Shown here: positions 50,896 through 53,261 of the stretch, piece by piece
How positions within the stretch are numbered: position 1 is the first letter of the stretch
How the letters are laid out: every line of letters begins with the position of its first letter
Assembly (NCBI GenBank): GCA_001938485.1
Contig: MQRK01182058.1
Span: 1-53,261, forward strand
Direction: 5' to 3'
Source: Girardia tigrina
Taxonomy: Eukaryota
DNA: 53,261 nucleotides
Made by a program: the position numbers and the translations under genes
Notes under the pieces: model-generated
Told to the model about the DNA's origin: nothing
Seen by the model: only the letters and a program-made list of their open reading frames with translations
Database searches by the model: none

Positions 50896-51850
50896 TGGAC
50901 CCTTCACATGACGTCTTTAAAAAAAATATGTTTAATTAAATTCAAAAATTATTAAAAAACTTTAAAATAAAAGTGACTTTTAAAAATTAAATTATTTTTT
51001 AGTTAAATTATTGAAAATTAAAGTTTTGATTTATCAGTTTTTAAGGCCGACCGAAAGCAGTGCCAGCTTGCTGCTATCAAGTCAATCATGCACAAGTGTT
51101 TGGCACACCATCACACATAAATCACGTCAAAATTGAAATATACCAATGCATTTTCCTAACACAGCACATGGGTGCAGTATTGATTAGCGAGGAAAACTAT
51201 CCCCTAATCCACTTGAAGAATGAAAGGGGACATCATTATTCACAGCCCAATTCGTCAGACATTTATGTCTTAGAATTGACAAGCATTAAAACGTAAATCT
51301 AGCAGTACAATAATAAATCTAAGAATACAAATCATCAATAACTTATCATAATAATCCGCCAGTTTTCAACTATTCTCATTAATCACTTAATCAAAATTAA
51401 TTGTAATTATTTTTAGACTAACAAATTGAGAATATTTTAACAAAAAATATTTTTCAAAGAATTAAAATTGTTACAGGTAATAAAACTTTCGATTGAGTTT
51501 GTTTTTTTCATAACTTTTAATTAAATCAAATAAATTGAAAATATAATATTCAACGATATATTAATAAAAATTTCATTAAATTTACAGTTGATATTTATTT
51601 GATATTGAGGAACGTGAATCATTCTTCCATTAACGTCAGTGAAATTCTTTTTCAAAAATATACGTGATCTGAATTTATTTTCTAACAAAACTAACCCTTA
51701 AATATTTTTTACCAAACTTCGATTTTATATATATAAACTTATACTTATATATATATATATTTATTAAAAATCACTTTATTTTAAAGTTTTTTTTAATAAT
51801 TTTTGAAATTAAATATAATTTTTTTCTAAAGAAGTCCTATGAAGGCACCA
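50896..51850. mobile_element. Non-autonomous DNA element with ~90-bp diverged TIRs
   Basis: 50896-50985 matches the reverse complement of ~51762-51850 (ccttca..gac.tcttta..ttcaaaaattattaaaaaactttaaaataaa.gtga). Confidence 0.6.
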
Positions 51851-52406
51851 TATATATATATATATAACAAGTAACAATAAAGTTTCCCTGATATGTAACG
51901 ACTTCTTACCATCTAAAAATTAGTATTTGAATGTAATTTGTACAAAAGTATTTGTCATAATGACATAGTCAAACTGCAACATTACTTGTTTTTTATTTAT
52001 CGGGACGCTCAAATTCTCTAATTGACACGAATATTTCTCGGAATTTACTGCTTCTGTATGTTTTTAATAAATTTTTCTAGACGATTGCTAGGATGTTCCA
52101 TTATCTTTCATTCCTTACCTGAGCTTGGAAATAGTTATTCCCAAACACTCACGACTTACAATATCTTTCTTCCTTACAACAATCTAATGCATGATTCTGA
52201 AATTGTTCATTAAGTTTATGACAAGGAAGAAACGAACACCCTGTTGAAAGATTTAGCAATTTAATCTCACATTATTCACGCTTCATCCAATTTGTGTATT
52301 TTTGAACAAATTACAAACCGTCATATATATGGTATGAAATACTTATTGTCATAAGAACCAAAGACTCCCGTAACAAACTCTTAAGAACTTCTACTGTCTT
52401 TTTATT

Positions 52407-52564
52407 ACAAGCTTTTATTACGTTTCGTTTGTTTGTTTGTCTGTATGGATCAAATCTTGCGATCAAAATTTCACCCACTTCCCGTTGTGCTGGTGACTTG
52501 AAATTTTCAGGAGTGATGTATTCTAGATGACAATACACTTTTCCTTGAAAATTTTTGAAAAAAA
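52407..52564 (+). mobile_element. Second copy of the HINE/Helentron-like element (5' part)
   Basis: Near-identical to 7478-7586. Confidence 0.8.
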
Positions 52565-53261
52565 NNNNNNNNNNNNNNNNNNNNNNNNNNNNNAACCACT
52601 TACGATTATCTACAAATTTATACACTGTATTACATAGCAATCTTTTTGTTTATTTTCATGAATAAAATTCAAACTCTACCAAATTACCAAATCATAATAA
52701 TTATTATTATTAGAGGTTCTTGGAAACTCGTCAGAATTATTAATATCAGACATTAAAACTTTTATTATACTACAACAAATGTTTAAATCTAATATTTAAA
52801 CAAATTTATTTTTTTTGAGAAACTATTTATTTCATAAATCTTAAACCGATATAGATAAAAATACATATAAATATTCATATTTGCTTTTTTTATTACTTCT
52901 ATAATTACGATAACACTTTAAAATATTTAATCGTTTCATTTAATTTTATTACTTTTTTAAAATCGTGTCACATAAAAATTATACACTTTTTTTTACTTTT
53001 TATATTATATTAAAACTCTCAAAAAATTTTTATTAGTAATTTAATTGATCTTAATTTTAGTAATTTTATTTTTCCGAATGTTACATATTTAAGTATATAA
53101 AAATTTTAATTTGTACATATTTAATATAACTTTCTTTTTTCCAATGTTACATATTTAATTATATCAAAATTTTAATTTGTATAATTTTTTTTATATAACT
53201 TTCTTTCAAAAATTTTCCTAACATTTTTAATTCCTAACATTCCCCCTTTTCTTTAAAATTT

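Overview
AT-rich eukaryotic (invertebrate, flatworm-like by inference) genomic scaffold with several N gaps. The backbone is a divergent, multi-exon Smoothened (class F GPCR, Hedgehog pathway) gene on the minus strand. I reconstructed 12 candidate exons by hand between ~44280 and 8090, covering the CRD, linker and TM1-TM6; TM7 and the C-tail were not found. Most junctions are phase-consistent GT-AG, but one small CRD exon needs unusual splice sites. The introns and flanks are packed with mostly decayed transposons: a Helitron-like>MULE>Sola-like nest, a CGGBP1-type hAT inside a MULE MITE, four mariner copies, Tc1/pogo MITEs, Helentron/HINE-like elements, a Penelope fragment with a hammerhead-like motif, Gypsy fragments, a NeSL-clade non-LTR element with two Ulp1-like protease remnants, and a BTB-Kelch (KEAP1-like) segment inserted into a dispersed repeat. 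The most unusual features are a perfect 111-bp hairpin enclosing the TM6 exon, a candidate GA-AG intron, a 28-31-nt micro-intron, apparent loss of the class F R6.32 switch residue, a greatly expanded ICL2, and an RFX/CCAAT motif array in a transposon end.
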